43,500 nucleotides of DNA from a virus (lineage: Duplodnaviria; Heunggongvirae; Uroviricota; Caudoviricetes): IMG/VR virus record IMGVR_UViG_2728369187_000005; one strand, given 5' to 3'. This document shows positions 29,484 to 38,113 of this stretch, piece by piece. The position numbers and the translations under genes are program-made. The first letter of the stretch is position 1; each line of letters starts with the position of its first letter. The notes below the pieces were generated by a model. The model made no database searches. It was given only the letters and a program-made list of their open reading frames with translations, and was not told the origin of the DNA.

Positions 29484-29989
29484 ACCTTTCGGTCCGTAAG
29501 AGGCTAATCTCTATGTGTCGCATAGATATGGCCTCAGATTAATGTTAAACGTCTTGCAGGACGCGTAATGTTAACTGGGGCTTTTCTCTATCTACCTTTG
29601 GTGTTCATGCCCGAGGCAGATAGCCTCAAGCACCCACAGCAATTCTAACTATCCAATACATCACTGCCAACACTTTAAACTCTTACCCTTTAAAACAAGA
29701 ACAAAATTCAACCAATCAGCATTGGGCGTATACTCATATCCTAGAGAAAACAACTCTTTCTGTACTATTTATATCCATATGATTTATAAGCATTTGCCAC
29801 TTGCCATAGCCGCACAATGACAGTTTGCCATTTGATGTCAATAGATAAAAATGATCGTTTTCAATGAGTTACATACTTGCAAGGCGTTGCACATCAGGCC
29901 CGATTACGTCAGTATCAAAAGATTACAGATGGTGCATTACTGCCACTTCGCCTTAATGTTCCAGAACTCTCCAACTTGAGGAATTTTCA

Positions 29990-30763
29990 ATGACATCCTT
30001 TCAATTATCTTTGATTTCTCGTGAAATTGACGGCGAAATAATACATTTACGTGCCAAAGATGGTTACATAAACGCCACATCAATGTGTAGAACTGCGGGC
30101 AAACTGCTCTCTGATTACACTAGACTCAAAACTACTCAAGAGTTTTTTGACGAATTATCACGCGATATGGGAATTCCCATATCGGAGTTAATTCAATCAT
30201 TTAAAGGTGGAAGACCTGAAAACCAAGGGACATGGGTGCATCCTGACATCGCTATTAATCTAGCGCAGTGGCTATCGCCCAAATTTGCAGTCCAGGTTTC
30301 AAGATGGGTTCGTGAATGGATGTCAGGGGAAAGAACTACAGCAGAAATGCCTGTACATTTAAAACGGTACATGGTTAATCGTAGTAGAATTCCTCACACG
30401 CACTTTTCTATTCTTAATGAACTGACATTCAACTTGGTTGCACCTCTTGAACAAGCAGGGTACACACTCCCAGAAAAAATGGTTCCTGACATTTCACAAG
30501 GAAGAGTATTTTCACAATGGTTAAGAGATAATAGAAACGTAGAACCCAAAACATTCCCTACCTATGACCATGAATATCCCGATGGTCGCGTATACCCTGC
30601 AAGGCTGTACCCAAATGAATATTTAGCAGATTTCAAAGAACATTTTAACAATATTTGGTTGCCGCAATATGCCCCGAAATACTTCGCTGACCGGGACAAA
30701 AAGGCTCTCGCCTTGATTGAAAAAATTATGCTACCTAACCTCGATGGCAATGAACAGTTCTAA
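29990..30763 (+). CDS. KilA-N domain protein
   Basis: 257-aa ORF; N-terminal block IHLRAKDGYINATSMCRTAGKLLSDYTRLKTTQEF ... WVHPDIAINLAQWLSPKFAVQVSRWV typical of KilA-N; GAGGAA upstream of ATG. Confidence 0.8.
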   Translation: MTSFQLSLISREIDGEIIHLRAKDGYINATSMCRTAGKLLSDYTRLKTTQEFFDELSRDMGIPISELIQSFKGGRPENQGTWVHPDIAINLAQWLSPKFAVQVSRWVREWMSGERTTAEMPVHLKRYMVNRSRIPHTHFSILNELTFNLVAPLEQAGYTLPEKMVPDISQGRVFSQWLRDNRNVEPKTFPTYDHEYPDGRVYPARLYPNEYLADFKEHFNNIWLPQYAPKYFADRDKKALALIEKIMLPNLDGNEQF

Positions 30764-30771
30764 ATGATTAG

Positions 30772-30798
30772 CCAGCCCCATAAGGGCTGGTTATTTAG
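30772..30798 (+). terminator. intrinsic terminator after the KilA-N gene
   Basis: CCAGCCC-cataa-GGGCTGG followed by TTATTTAGTATTAT. Confidence 0.5.
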
Positions 30799-30883
30799 TA
30801 TTATCAACCCCAGCGGCAAATCGAATACACCACCAGCGCCACCGCCATCGCAATTCCTACCGTTGTGAATGCTTCAGGCCAGG

Positions 30884-31387
30884 TCATCGTAAAACATCCT
30901 CCACGCTTATAAGTCCGCTTCGCTCCAGGTAGTCCATCACTTTATCCGGCAATTTGCAGCCCGGTTTCGGTTTCTTCAGTTGACTAACCAATTGTTTAAC
31001 CAGCATTGTCAATTCGCGAACTTGTTTCCCGGGCTCCCCTTTGCCCTGAAGCAGGGCAGCGCGGCAAGCGTTCCATCCCTCAGCATATGTTTCAGTTACA
31101 CCATCGAGATGGCATGTAAGCAAATCCATTTCTTCCGGCACTACGGGCGCTGGAAAAACGGCATAGGGTGGCGTCCATTTTGGCGCTTTATCTCCAGCCG
31201 AACGCTGATACCAGTCATCCGGTTTGTATTCATAAAAATCACCAACTGGCTCTGCTTCCAGCGATGCCAGAGCAATTTTGAATAATTCGCCCTCTACCCG
31301 TGCCATCCCTGAATTGGGGTGGCATTTCTCAATCGCTATTTTTAATTTAGCTTCTTCGATTAATTGCTTTTTGGTTAATTCAGTCAT
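30884..31387 (-). CDS. hypothetical phage protein (167 aa)
   Basis: ORF in the early-right gene series; no recognised motif. Confidence 0.55.
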   Translation of the reverse strand: MTELTKKQLIEEAKLKIAIEKCHPNSGMARVEGELFKIALASLEAEPVGDFYEYKPDDWYQRSAGDKAPKWTPPYAVFPAPVVPEEMDLLTCHLDGVTETYAEGWNACRAALLQGKGEPGKQVRELTMLVKQLVSQLKKPKPGCKLPDKVMDYLERSGLISVEDVLR

Positions 31388-31436
31388 TTTTCATTACCGC
31401 CCTTTCGGGCCGCCTCCTAATATTTTGAGGGTGCAG

Positions 31437-31445
31437 CCCCCCCCC
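31437..31445. repeat. C9 homopolymer tract (G9 on minus strand) in intergenic region
   Basis: gcagCCCCCCCCCtccgg, about 50 nt upstream of the 167-aa gene start. Confidence 0.9.
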
Positions 31446-31549
31446 TCCGGTTAAGGATTAAATTTTATTTACAGTGCTAAATTTAATTATTCAGATTTGG
31501 ATTATGATTTCTCTTTCAGTTCACGCAGTTCCCTGATTGTTAATTTGGC

Positions 31550-31987
31550 TCACAACAGCACATCCTGAAAATTACCCTGATAGAACGCCAGTACACGCTG
31601 CATGACTTCGCTCTTCCGGCACTCGCGACAGATTATATTCAGACGCCTGTCATAGCGGCGTATTTCTCCGTCTGGTAATGACCAGATAAGGTCCGGATCA
31701 ACTACAGCAGGTTTCTTCACCTTTGCCCTCGATAGTTTTTTGCGGGCGTTTTGCCAGTCTTTACGCGCCTGTTCAGACGGGAATAACCCGTAACCAGAGT
31801 TGTATACATCGCCACTGGCAACCAGCTCACTGGCGAGAACACTCATCAGATATCTTGTCTCACCTGTCTTGGCTTCCAGTTGCCGTAACGTCTCGCGACC
31901 GCTCAGAGGTACAAGTTCAACAACCTGTCCTTTAATTTTTTCTCGCTCTTCTGGTGTAAATACTTTTGCCATAGGTGCCTCCGGCAA
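31550..31987 (-). CDS. hypothetical phage protein (145 aa)
   Basis: ORF directly following the upstream gene stop. Confidence 0.5.
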   Translation of the reverse strand: MPEAPMAKVFTPEEREKIKGQVVELVPLSGRETLRQLEAKTGETRYLMSVLASELVASGDVYNSGYGLFPSEQARKDWQNARKKLSRAKVKKPAVVDPDLIWSLPDGEIRRYDRRLNIICRECRKSEVMQRVLAFYQGNFQDVLL

Positions 31988-32749
31988 TCACTTTTCCGAT
32001 GCAACATGGCGGGAAGAATCAGTAATCTGTCGTACAATATCCCTGTGCTTGTTCAACTCACGCAGCGCGGCGCAGACACGCTCCCACTTCTGGACATGAT
32101 TTTTCGCCCGACGCAGTTCGCGGTTTGCCATATGCAGTGATGGTAAAACCAGGTCATCCGCTCGCGTTTCAGTAAACGATGGCAGCGACTGCACAATGTC
32201 CGCCACAGTTTCTGTTTTAATATCTTCCTGTGTTGCAGCCTCCTGTACTGGTAACGCAACACCTGCGGTCTGAGGAAAGGCCTTACCATCAGTTTCCGCT
32301 ACCGATGCTGCTTTCGGCTCTGCTGGTAAATTATCGCCCGGTATGCAGTAACGAAATTTACCGCCCTGATTTACGCGAATCAGACGACCTTTGCTGATTG
32401 CCATTGCCAGCGTTGAAGCCACTTTGCGTGATGTGGTACCAAACAATGTAGCCAGCTCATCAGCCGTTTGTGGTCCTCGTTGTTCAATCGTCGCGGTTAA
32501 ATCGCACTCTGAGATTTTCGCTACTGTTGCTGTGGTGATTTCTTCCGGCAGTTCTGCCTGCGCTGGCTGTTCCTGCTGAACGTTGTTATCAGCCACACGC
32601 CAGGTGTACGCGCTTTTATCAACAAAACCAGCCTTTTTCAGTTCCCATAGTTCGTTCAGCACTTCTTCACGACTGATATCAAGTCGCGCAGCAAGTTCTA
32701 TGGATGTGGCTTTTCCCATTGCTTTCAGTGCGTCAAAAACAGTCTCCAT
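31988..32749 (-). CDS. hypothetical protein with two winged-helix-like segments (by position the intact counterpart of the K-12 ydaW remnant)
   Basis: ORF 31988-32800; start [30 protein letters not shown] at 32749 chosen; downstream of ydaV. Confidence 0.55.
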
Positions 32750-32771
32750 TAAATTTTTCTCCCGGTAAAAA

Positions 32772-33518
32772 TTACTTCGCAATTCCTGGCTGGACGACAT
32801 TCGGACGCCAGCTCTCCCAGTTAAAATTCACCCATCGCCCGCCGTTCATGGTCATGCGATCCATAATCCGCTCGCCGAGCAATGTTTTCATGGCCTCATA
32901 GTTCAGGTTTGTCAGCATCCCCACGCTGCGCATCGACGCTGTCCGGCGATCAACAATCTGGTGCAGTACCACCTGCTCGTTTTTCGTCTCGCGCTGAATG
33001 CCAATTTCATCAAGAACCAGCAGATCCACTTCGCACAGTTCCCGCAAAAATTTTTCGCCTGACTGCCCATCGTCATAGCTGGCGTGCAGGGCACTCATAA
33101 CATCAGCCACGGTAACCACAATCACTGTCTGACCGTCTTTCAGCAGGCGATTCCCGATAGCTGCCGCTAAGTGGTTCTTCCCGGTACCAGGTTTTCCGCT
33201 GAACGCAAAATTTGTACACCCGGTCATCAGTTCATCAGCGATGGATTTCGCCTGACTCAACGCGTATCGCTGCCCTTCGTTCTGCACCTGGTAATTCGAA
33301 AACGAGCATTTGCGGTGCAATGGCTGGATGCCAGAGCGATTCAGAATTTTTTCCACCCGCAACTGACGATTCTGACGGTTGATCTCCTCACAACGTTTCT
33401 GGCCTTCGGAAAGTTGCCACTCGCGCCACTCCGCTACCGTCTTGAATGGCGCGGTTACATGTGACGGGGCCAGTCTGCGGATACGTTCAAGAACATCGCC
33501 TGTCGCAATATTTTTCAT
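32772..33518 (-). CDS. ydaV: DnaC-like replication helicase loader
   Basis: 248-aa ORF with Walker [18 protein letters not shown] and Walker B LLVLDEIG. Confidence 0.85.
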
Positions 33519-33524
33519 GGTCAG

Positions 33525-34382
33525 TTACCCCCTGAAGCCTGGCGGGATCGCACTATCCGGTAACGAGACGGTGTTAACCTGTCGGAGTAACGTCTCAGGT
33601 CGAACACCTTTCGGCGCGAACAAGCCCTGGTATTCATTGGCGATGCTGTGTCGAATCACCTGCTCAGGTGAAAAACCCTGCTGGCGGAATTTTTCCAGCT
33701 CCCGTATCGCCCCGTTAGCGCCCTGCTCCGTTCGAATCGGTTTTCGCAATGCCTGGCGAAATTCAACCCACTCACGCCAAAGCGAGACAGAAATCCAGTT
33801 CGGCAAAGCAATATCCAGAGGGTCAAACTTTTTGACACCTCGATTCCCCCGGGGGGGATTTAGGGGGGGATCTGTTTTTAGATCTTTATCTGTATCTTTA
33901 TTAGTTGCCTTTGTGTTGACATCATGTTCAAACACCACTTCAACATCTGTTTGAACACCTGTTAAATTTCTCTCTTGTTTTGTTTGAACATCTGCTTCCT
34001 TTCTGCTTCTTCTGGCCTGAACAGATGCTTTTCCTGCGGCTGATTTTTTGGTTAATTTTTCCCTGACTGATGCCAGATCTTCCTCAATCCGAAGATGCAC
34101 CCATTCCTCGCCGTTATCGCAAAAAAACTCCTGCAAGGATGGTTCAACATCAGCCCATCGCTCGTTAGTCAGACGGGCAATTTTTGCCAGCCTGTTTTTA
34201 GGTATTGGCTTTCCTGTTTGCCAGTAATTGAACATCAGCAACAAATACGCACCATGCTCCTCTGCTGACAAATGCATGGTGTCAGCCAGGTAATCAGCTA
34301 TGTACAGTTGCATGTATGGTAATGCGGCCATAATTGCCCCGTATGATGCTGCCCGGTGGCTTAGAATAAGCACAAACAGCAT
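33525..34382 (-). CDS. ydaU: replication initiation protein (lambda O-like role)
   Basis: 285-aa ORF upstream of the helicase-loader gene; contains internal iteron-like repeats. Confidence 0.8.
   Translation of the reverse strand: MLFVLILSHRAASYGAIMAALPYMQLYIADYLADTMHLSAEEHGAYLLLMFNYWQTGKPIPKNRLAKIARLTNERWADVEPSLQEFFCDNGEEWVHLRIEEDLASVREKLTKKSAAGKASVQARRSRKEADVQTKQERNLTGVQTDVEVVFEHDVNTKATNKDTDKDLKTDPPLNPPRGNRGVKKFDPLDIALPNWISVSLWREWVEFRQALRKPIRTEQGANGAIRELEKFRQQGFSPEQVIRHSIANEYQGLFAPKGVRPETLLRQVNTVSLPDSAIPPGFRG
33925..33990. repeat. iteron-like inverted 10-mer repeats inside ydaU (candidate prophage origin)
   Basis: TGTTCAAACA at 33925 and TGTTTGAACA at 33948 and 33981, flanked by AT-rich DNA. 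Confidence 0.4.
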
Positions 34383-34394
34383 GGAAACTTTTGC

Positions 34395-34817
34395 TTAATG
34401 AACAATGACAGAATCGTCGGAAGAACCGCCGCCGCTGAAATGCGCTTTCCGGTAAACGGCTTGGACTGCATCATCATGCGCATCAATTGCCGTACTTAAC
34501 GCTTCCTGCGCCGCCAGTAATGCACGGCGTTCCAGGGTATCGAAGATGCAGAGTCGGTGACGCAGCTCGCGCGGAAGGATTGCCAGAATTGCTGGGATCA
34601 GCTTCTGAATTTTTTCTCTTTGCGTTTTCGTTTCACCTTTCAACCAACGGTGATAGATATTCTGCTGATTGTTCCAGTCCTTGCCTGGAACCAGGGGCAA
34701 TTCGCCGCCCCCCTGGCGCAGATATTCTTCAGTAATTGCATTGGCTACCCATGCCTGCCCTTTTTCGGCTGCTAGGGCAAACAACACTGATTCGATGTGC
34801 TCATGCTTGATTTTCAT
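34395..34817 (-). CDS. ydaT: YdaT (toxic early protein of the RacR-repressed operon)
   Basis: 140-aa ORF downstream of ydaS, size and order as in K-12 Rac. Confidence 0.8.
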   Translation of the reverse strand: MKIKHEHIESVLFALAAEKGQAWVANAITEEYLRQGGGELPLVPGKDWNNQQNIYHRWLKGETKTQREKIQKLIPAILAILPRELRHRLCIFDTLERRALLAAQEALSTAIDAHDDAVQAVYRKAHFSGGGSSDDSVIVH

Positions 34818-34839
34818 GAATCATTTGCCTCTTGATGTT

Positions 34840-35136
34840 TCAGGTATGATCAAATGAGGATTTGTTACTGTCATTTAGTTGCTTCACTGACATATTCTGC
34901 GAACAACATGCCGAACGTCGTAAATATGACCAGTCAATATCAGGACGAAGTTCTTCGCACAGAACCTCACCTCTTGTTGCACGTTCAATTGCTGGACATC
35001 TCTCGGCAGGCAATTGACGTACCCCTTTGATCCATTGATTTACGCTTGGAGGTGATACACCTAAAAGCCTAGCCATTGCTGATTGCCCACCGACAACAGC
35101 ACAAGCTTGCTTGAATGAATAGTTCTCTTTTTTCAT
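34840..35136 (-). CDS. ydaS: Cro-like HTH protein YdaS
   Basis: 98-aa ORF divergent from racR with HTH-like segment QSAMARLLGVSPPSVNQWIKG. Confidence 0.85.
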   Translation of the reverse strand: MKKENYSFKQACAVVGGQSAMARLLGVSPPSVNQWIKGVRQLPAERCPAIERATRGEVLCEELRPDIDWSYLRRSACCSQNMSVKQLNDSNKSSFDHT

Positions 35137-35163
35137 CGAATGAACTCCAAAAACACACAGAAA

Positions 35164-35246
35164 TATTAGGCGACGCCTAACGCAATTGTCAATAGGCTGT
35201 GCCTAATGCGGTAAGGGTAGGGATTGCCTAATGTAATGCGCATAGG
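35164..35246. promoter_or_regulatory. operator/promoter region between ydaS and racR (OR-like)
   Basis: Palindrome TTAGGCGACGCCTAA (35166-35180); 24-bp site aattgtcaataggctgtgcctaatg; extra GCCTAA half-sites; minus-strand TTGACA-18-TAATAT promoter. Confidence 0.5.
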
Positions 35247-35259
35247 AGAATATTAAGCA

Positions 35260-35736
35260 ATGCTTAGTGGTAAAGACTTAGGCCGAGCGATAGAGCAGGC
35301 CATTAACAAAAAAATCGCATCGGGATCCGTCAAATCAAAGGCGGAGGTCGCACGCCACTTCAAAGTCCAACCACCATCAATTTATGACTGGATTAAGAAA
35401 GGCTCTATAAGTAAAGATAAACTTCCAGAATTATGGCGTTTCTTTTCTGATGTTGTTGGTCCAGAGCATTGGGGGCTTAACGAATACCCCATACCAACCC
35501 CCACCAATTCAGATACAAAAAGTGAACTTTTAGATATAAACAACCTTTATCAAGCAGCCTCTGATGAAATAAGAGCGATTGTAGCTTTCCTGTTATCTGG
35601 AAATGCTACAGAACCAGATTGGGTTGACCACGATGTTCGCGCCTACATAGCAGCGATGGAAATGAAAGTGGGTAAGTATCTGAAAGCTCTAGAATCTGAA
35701 CGGAAAAGCCAGAACATCACAAAAACTGGAACTTAA
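35260..35736 (+). CDS. racR: prophage repressor RacR
   Basis: 158-aa ORF divergent from ydaS; size and position as K-12 racR. Confidence 0.85.
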   Translation: MLSGKDLGRAIEQAINKKIASGSVKSKAEVARHFKVQPPSIYDWIKKGSISKDKLPELWRFFSDVVGPEHWGLNEYPIPTPTNSDTKSELLDINNLYQAASDEIRAIVAFLLSGNATEPDWVDHDVRAYIAAMEMKVGKYLKALESERKSQNITKTGT

Positions 35737-35809
35737 ACTTATATGGTCTGACGGAAAACTCCTGGATTCCGTTATTTAACCCCCCCATCACTTTCTGCTG
35801 TCGCCATCA

Positions 35810-35877
35810 CCTATTAGGTTACGCTCAAAACATTAGGCATAGCCTATTGACAATCAATTAGGCATTACCTATAGTTC
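35810..35877 (+). promoter_or_regulatory. operator plus sigma70 promoter (PL-like) downstream of racR
   Basis: Inverted copy of the 24-bp site (cattaggcatagcctattgacaat, 23/24 identical) overlapping TTGACA (35847-35852), 17-nt spacer, TATAGT (35870-35875). Confidence 0.5.
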
Positions 35878-36044
35878 CAGCATACCACCCACCCCGCCCC
35901 ACAGAACGCCGGGCAATACTTCGAGTTACCAGGCAGTGGTAAGGGGTTAAGTAGCCAGCCCGAGGCGTATGAACATGACGGCGGGATTCAAATTTTGCAG
36001 TGCAGCAGTTAGTTCCGCCACCCGGCGTTAAGGGGAGAGATAAG

Positions 36045-36179
36045 ATGGTGCATTACGAAGTAGTTCAGTATTTGATGGATTGTTGCGGTATCACTTACAA
36101 CCAGGCTGTGCAGGCTTTACGCAGCAACGCCTGGGATCTCTGGCAGGCAGAAGTCGCTATACGTAGCAACAAGATGTGA
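36045..36179 (+). CDS. ydaG: small protein YdaG (44 aa)
   Basis: MVHYEVVQYLMDCCGITYNQAVQALRSNAWDLWQAEVAIRSNKM; below the ORF-track cutoff. Confidence 0.6.
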   Translation: MVHYEVVQYLMDCCGITYNQAVQALRSNAWDLWQAEVAIRSNKM

Positions 36180-36189
36180 GATTCGCAAA

Positions 36190-36345
36190 ATGCAAAAAAT
36201 CGACCTCGGCAACAACGAATCCCTGGTGTGCGGCGTGTTCCCCAACCAGGATGGAACGTTCACTGCCATGACGTATACCAAAAGCAAAACATTTAAAACC
36301 GAAACTGGTGCGCGCCGATGGTTGGAGAAGTACACAGTAAGCTAA
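36190..36345 (+). CDS. ydaF: small protein YdaF (51 aa)
   Basis: MQKIDLGNNESLVCGVFPNQDGTFTAMTYTKSKTFKTETGARRWLEKYTVS; convergent with sieB. Confidence 0.6.
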   Translation: MQKIDLGNNESLVCGVFPNQDGTFTAMTYTKSKTFKTETGARRWLEKYTVS

Positions 36346-36830
36346 CGATTAAAACGTCTACTCCTGCTGTTCCAGAATAACTTCATAAAATGGGAGTATT
36401 TTTCGGTGACGAGATAATAAGAACAGTTTGCGCTATCACTCTGATGTTGAATGATGCCCTTCCGTTCTAATTTTTTCATAACCGGGTTACGGCAAGGAGA
36501 AGTGATAATAAGATTTCCTGTTTTAAGGAAATCTTTAAATACAGCGATTTCTTTCTCAGATAAACGAAGCAATACTCGTTGCTCTGGTAGTAATGAATAA
36601 TGCTTTTGAATATGTGCTCGCAATCTTGAGAAGGAAATGGCGACCACGAAAGAAAAGGCAAAAACGATAATCTGAAAGAGCCAAGGTATTTCAGTATAAG
36701 CATTGAATGCGACAGTAAACTCTTTCGGTATCAGCCAGAGAGTGAGACCAAAAATGATAATCGTATACATAAGTCTTTCGAGTGGCTCGTTAGCAAAAAG
36801 TTTCAATAATGGAGTAAATACATCCAACAT
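36342..36830 (-). CDS. sieB: superinfection exclusion protein B
   Basis: ORF 36342-36953; start MLDVFTPLLKLFANEPLERLMYTIIIFGLTLWLI at 36830; membrane protein as recalled for Rac SieB. Confidence 0.8.
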   Translation of the reverse strand: MLDVFTPLLKLFANEPLERLMYTIIIFGLTLWLIPKEFTVAFNAYTEIPWLFQIIVFAFSFVVAISFSRLRAHIQKHYSLLPEQRVLLRLSEKEIAVFKDFLKTGNLIITSPCRNPVMKKLERKGIIQHQSDSANCSYYLVTEKYSHFMKLFWNSRSRRFNR

Positions 36831-37270
36831 ATCAATAACTCTCAACTGTAAGGGTATTGAAATGTTAACACAAGCTCTCGCTGTAGGGGTATAGCCGAGA
36901 CCACCGAAGCCCGGAGGTGGTGAAATAAAACCGGGCACAACACGAAGGCGCATTTCCGATATCCATAAAGAGTCGGTCTTGTCTGTTAAATTTAAATGGT
37001 GGGAGTGCGCCTCCGGTTGTAAATAACGACATTGCTGTGTGTAGTCCTGGCGGCATCAGTTTTTTCTTGAAGTTCGGCTGATGTCCGCCCTTTTTTAAGT
37101 GAATTTTGTGATGCGGTGAATGCGGCTAAGCGCACGTGGCACAGTTAAAAGTCATGTTAGTCCTTATTGGTTTGGGTGGGAAAGCCGACTGTAATTGTTA
37201 ACTGGTTGCAGTCACCTGGAGGCACCAGGCACCGCATCAACAAAGTTCATTTGTAAAAATGGAGATAATT

Positions 37271-37492
37271 ATGATTGCACATCACTTCGGAACTGATGAA
37301 ATACCACGTCAGTGTGTGACTCCTGGCGATTATGTTCTTCATGAAGGCCGGACATATATTGCCTCGGCAAACAATATTAAAAAGCGAAAACTATATATTC
37401 GTAACCTGACCACAAAAACATGCATTACTGACCGCATGATTAAAGTCTTCCTCGGTCGTGATGGTTTACCTGTAAAGGCGGAGTCATGGTGA
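37271..37492 (+). CDS. kilR: cell-division inhibitor KilR
   Basis: [32 protein letters not shown]... 73 aa, GGAG upstream of ATG. Confidence 0.8.
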   Translation: MIAHHFGTDEIPRQCVTPGDYVLHEGRTYIASANNIKKRKLYIRNLTTKTCITDRMIKVFLGRDGLPVKAESW

Positions 37493-37662
37493 TGACTAAG
37501 AAAATAAAATGTGCTTACCACCTTTGCAAAAAAGACGTTGAAGAAAGCAAAGCTATTGAAAGAATGCTTCACTTCATGCACGGGATTTTATCAAAAGACG
37601 AACCGAGAAAATATTGCAGTGAATCTTGTGCCGAAAAAGACCAGATGGCACATGAACTTTAA
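37486..37662 (+). CDS. ydaE: small Cys-rich protein YdaE
   Basis: ATGGTGATG start overlapping the kilR stop; [58 protein letters not shown]. Confidence 0.6.
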   Translation: MVMTKKIKCAYHLCKKDVEESKAIERMLHFMHGILSKDEPRKYCSESCAEKDQMAHEL

Positions 37663-37736
37663 TTAATTGACTATTCGAAACTGAATTTATGCCAGAAATG
37701 GCAGGTATTCGCTCAGCCTTAATTAAGGAGAAAAAC

Positions 37737-38012
37737 ATGATTACCAATTATGAAGCCACTGTTGTAACTACCGATGACATTGTTCACGAGGTGAATCTGG
37801 AAGGAAAGCGCATTGGCTACGTAATTAAAACAGAAAATAAAGAAACCCCATTCACTGTGGTTGATATCGATGGTCCATCAGGCAACGTAAAAACACTTGA
37901 TGAAGGTGTCAAAAAAATGTGCCTGGTGCATATCGGAAAGAATCTGCCCGCAGAAAAAAAAGCCGAATTTCTGGCAACTCTAATTGCAATGAAATTAAAA
38001 GGTGAAATCTGA
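37737..38012 (+). CDS. racC: RacC
   Basis: ORF 37689-38012; start MITNYEATVVTTDDIVHEV at 37737 after AAGGAG. Confidence 0.8.
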   Translation: MITNYEATVVTTDDIVHEVNLEGKRIGYVIKTENKETPFTVVDIDGPSGNVKTLDEGVKKMCLVHIGKNLPAEKKAEFLATLIAMKLKGEI

Positions 38013-38113
38013 AAGAAATAGCCTGCGTATGGCGCAGGCTATGAACAGTGTGTATCCGGCAAGATCATTCACTGAACAAAACGAATTTTAATCTGAGTTG
38101 AGGTTAAAAAACA

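Noticed and set aside
29284-29523. Plus 71-aa and minus 63-aa ORFs spanning the N-run at 29411-29483
   Set aside because: Reading frames run through an assembly gap of arbitrary length, so they are artefacts of the placeholder
36117-36335. 72-aa minus-strand ORF between racR and sieB
   Set aside because: Overlaps the plus-strand small gene ydaF, which has a proper start and matches the known Rac gene order; the minus ORF has no ribosome-binding site
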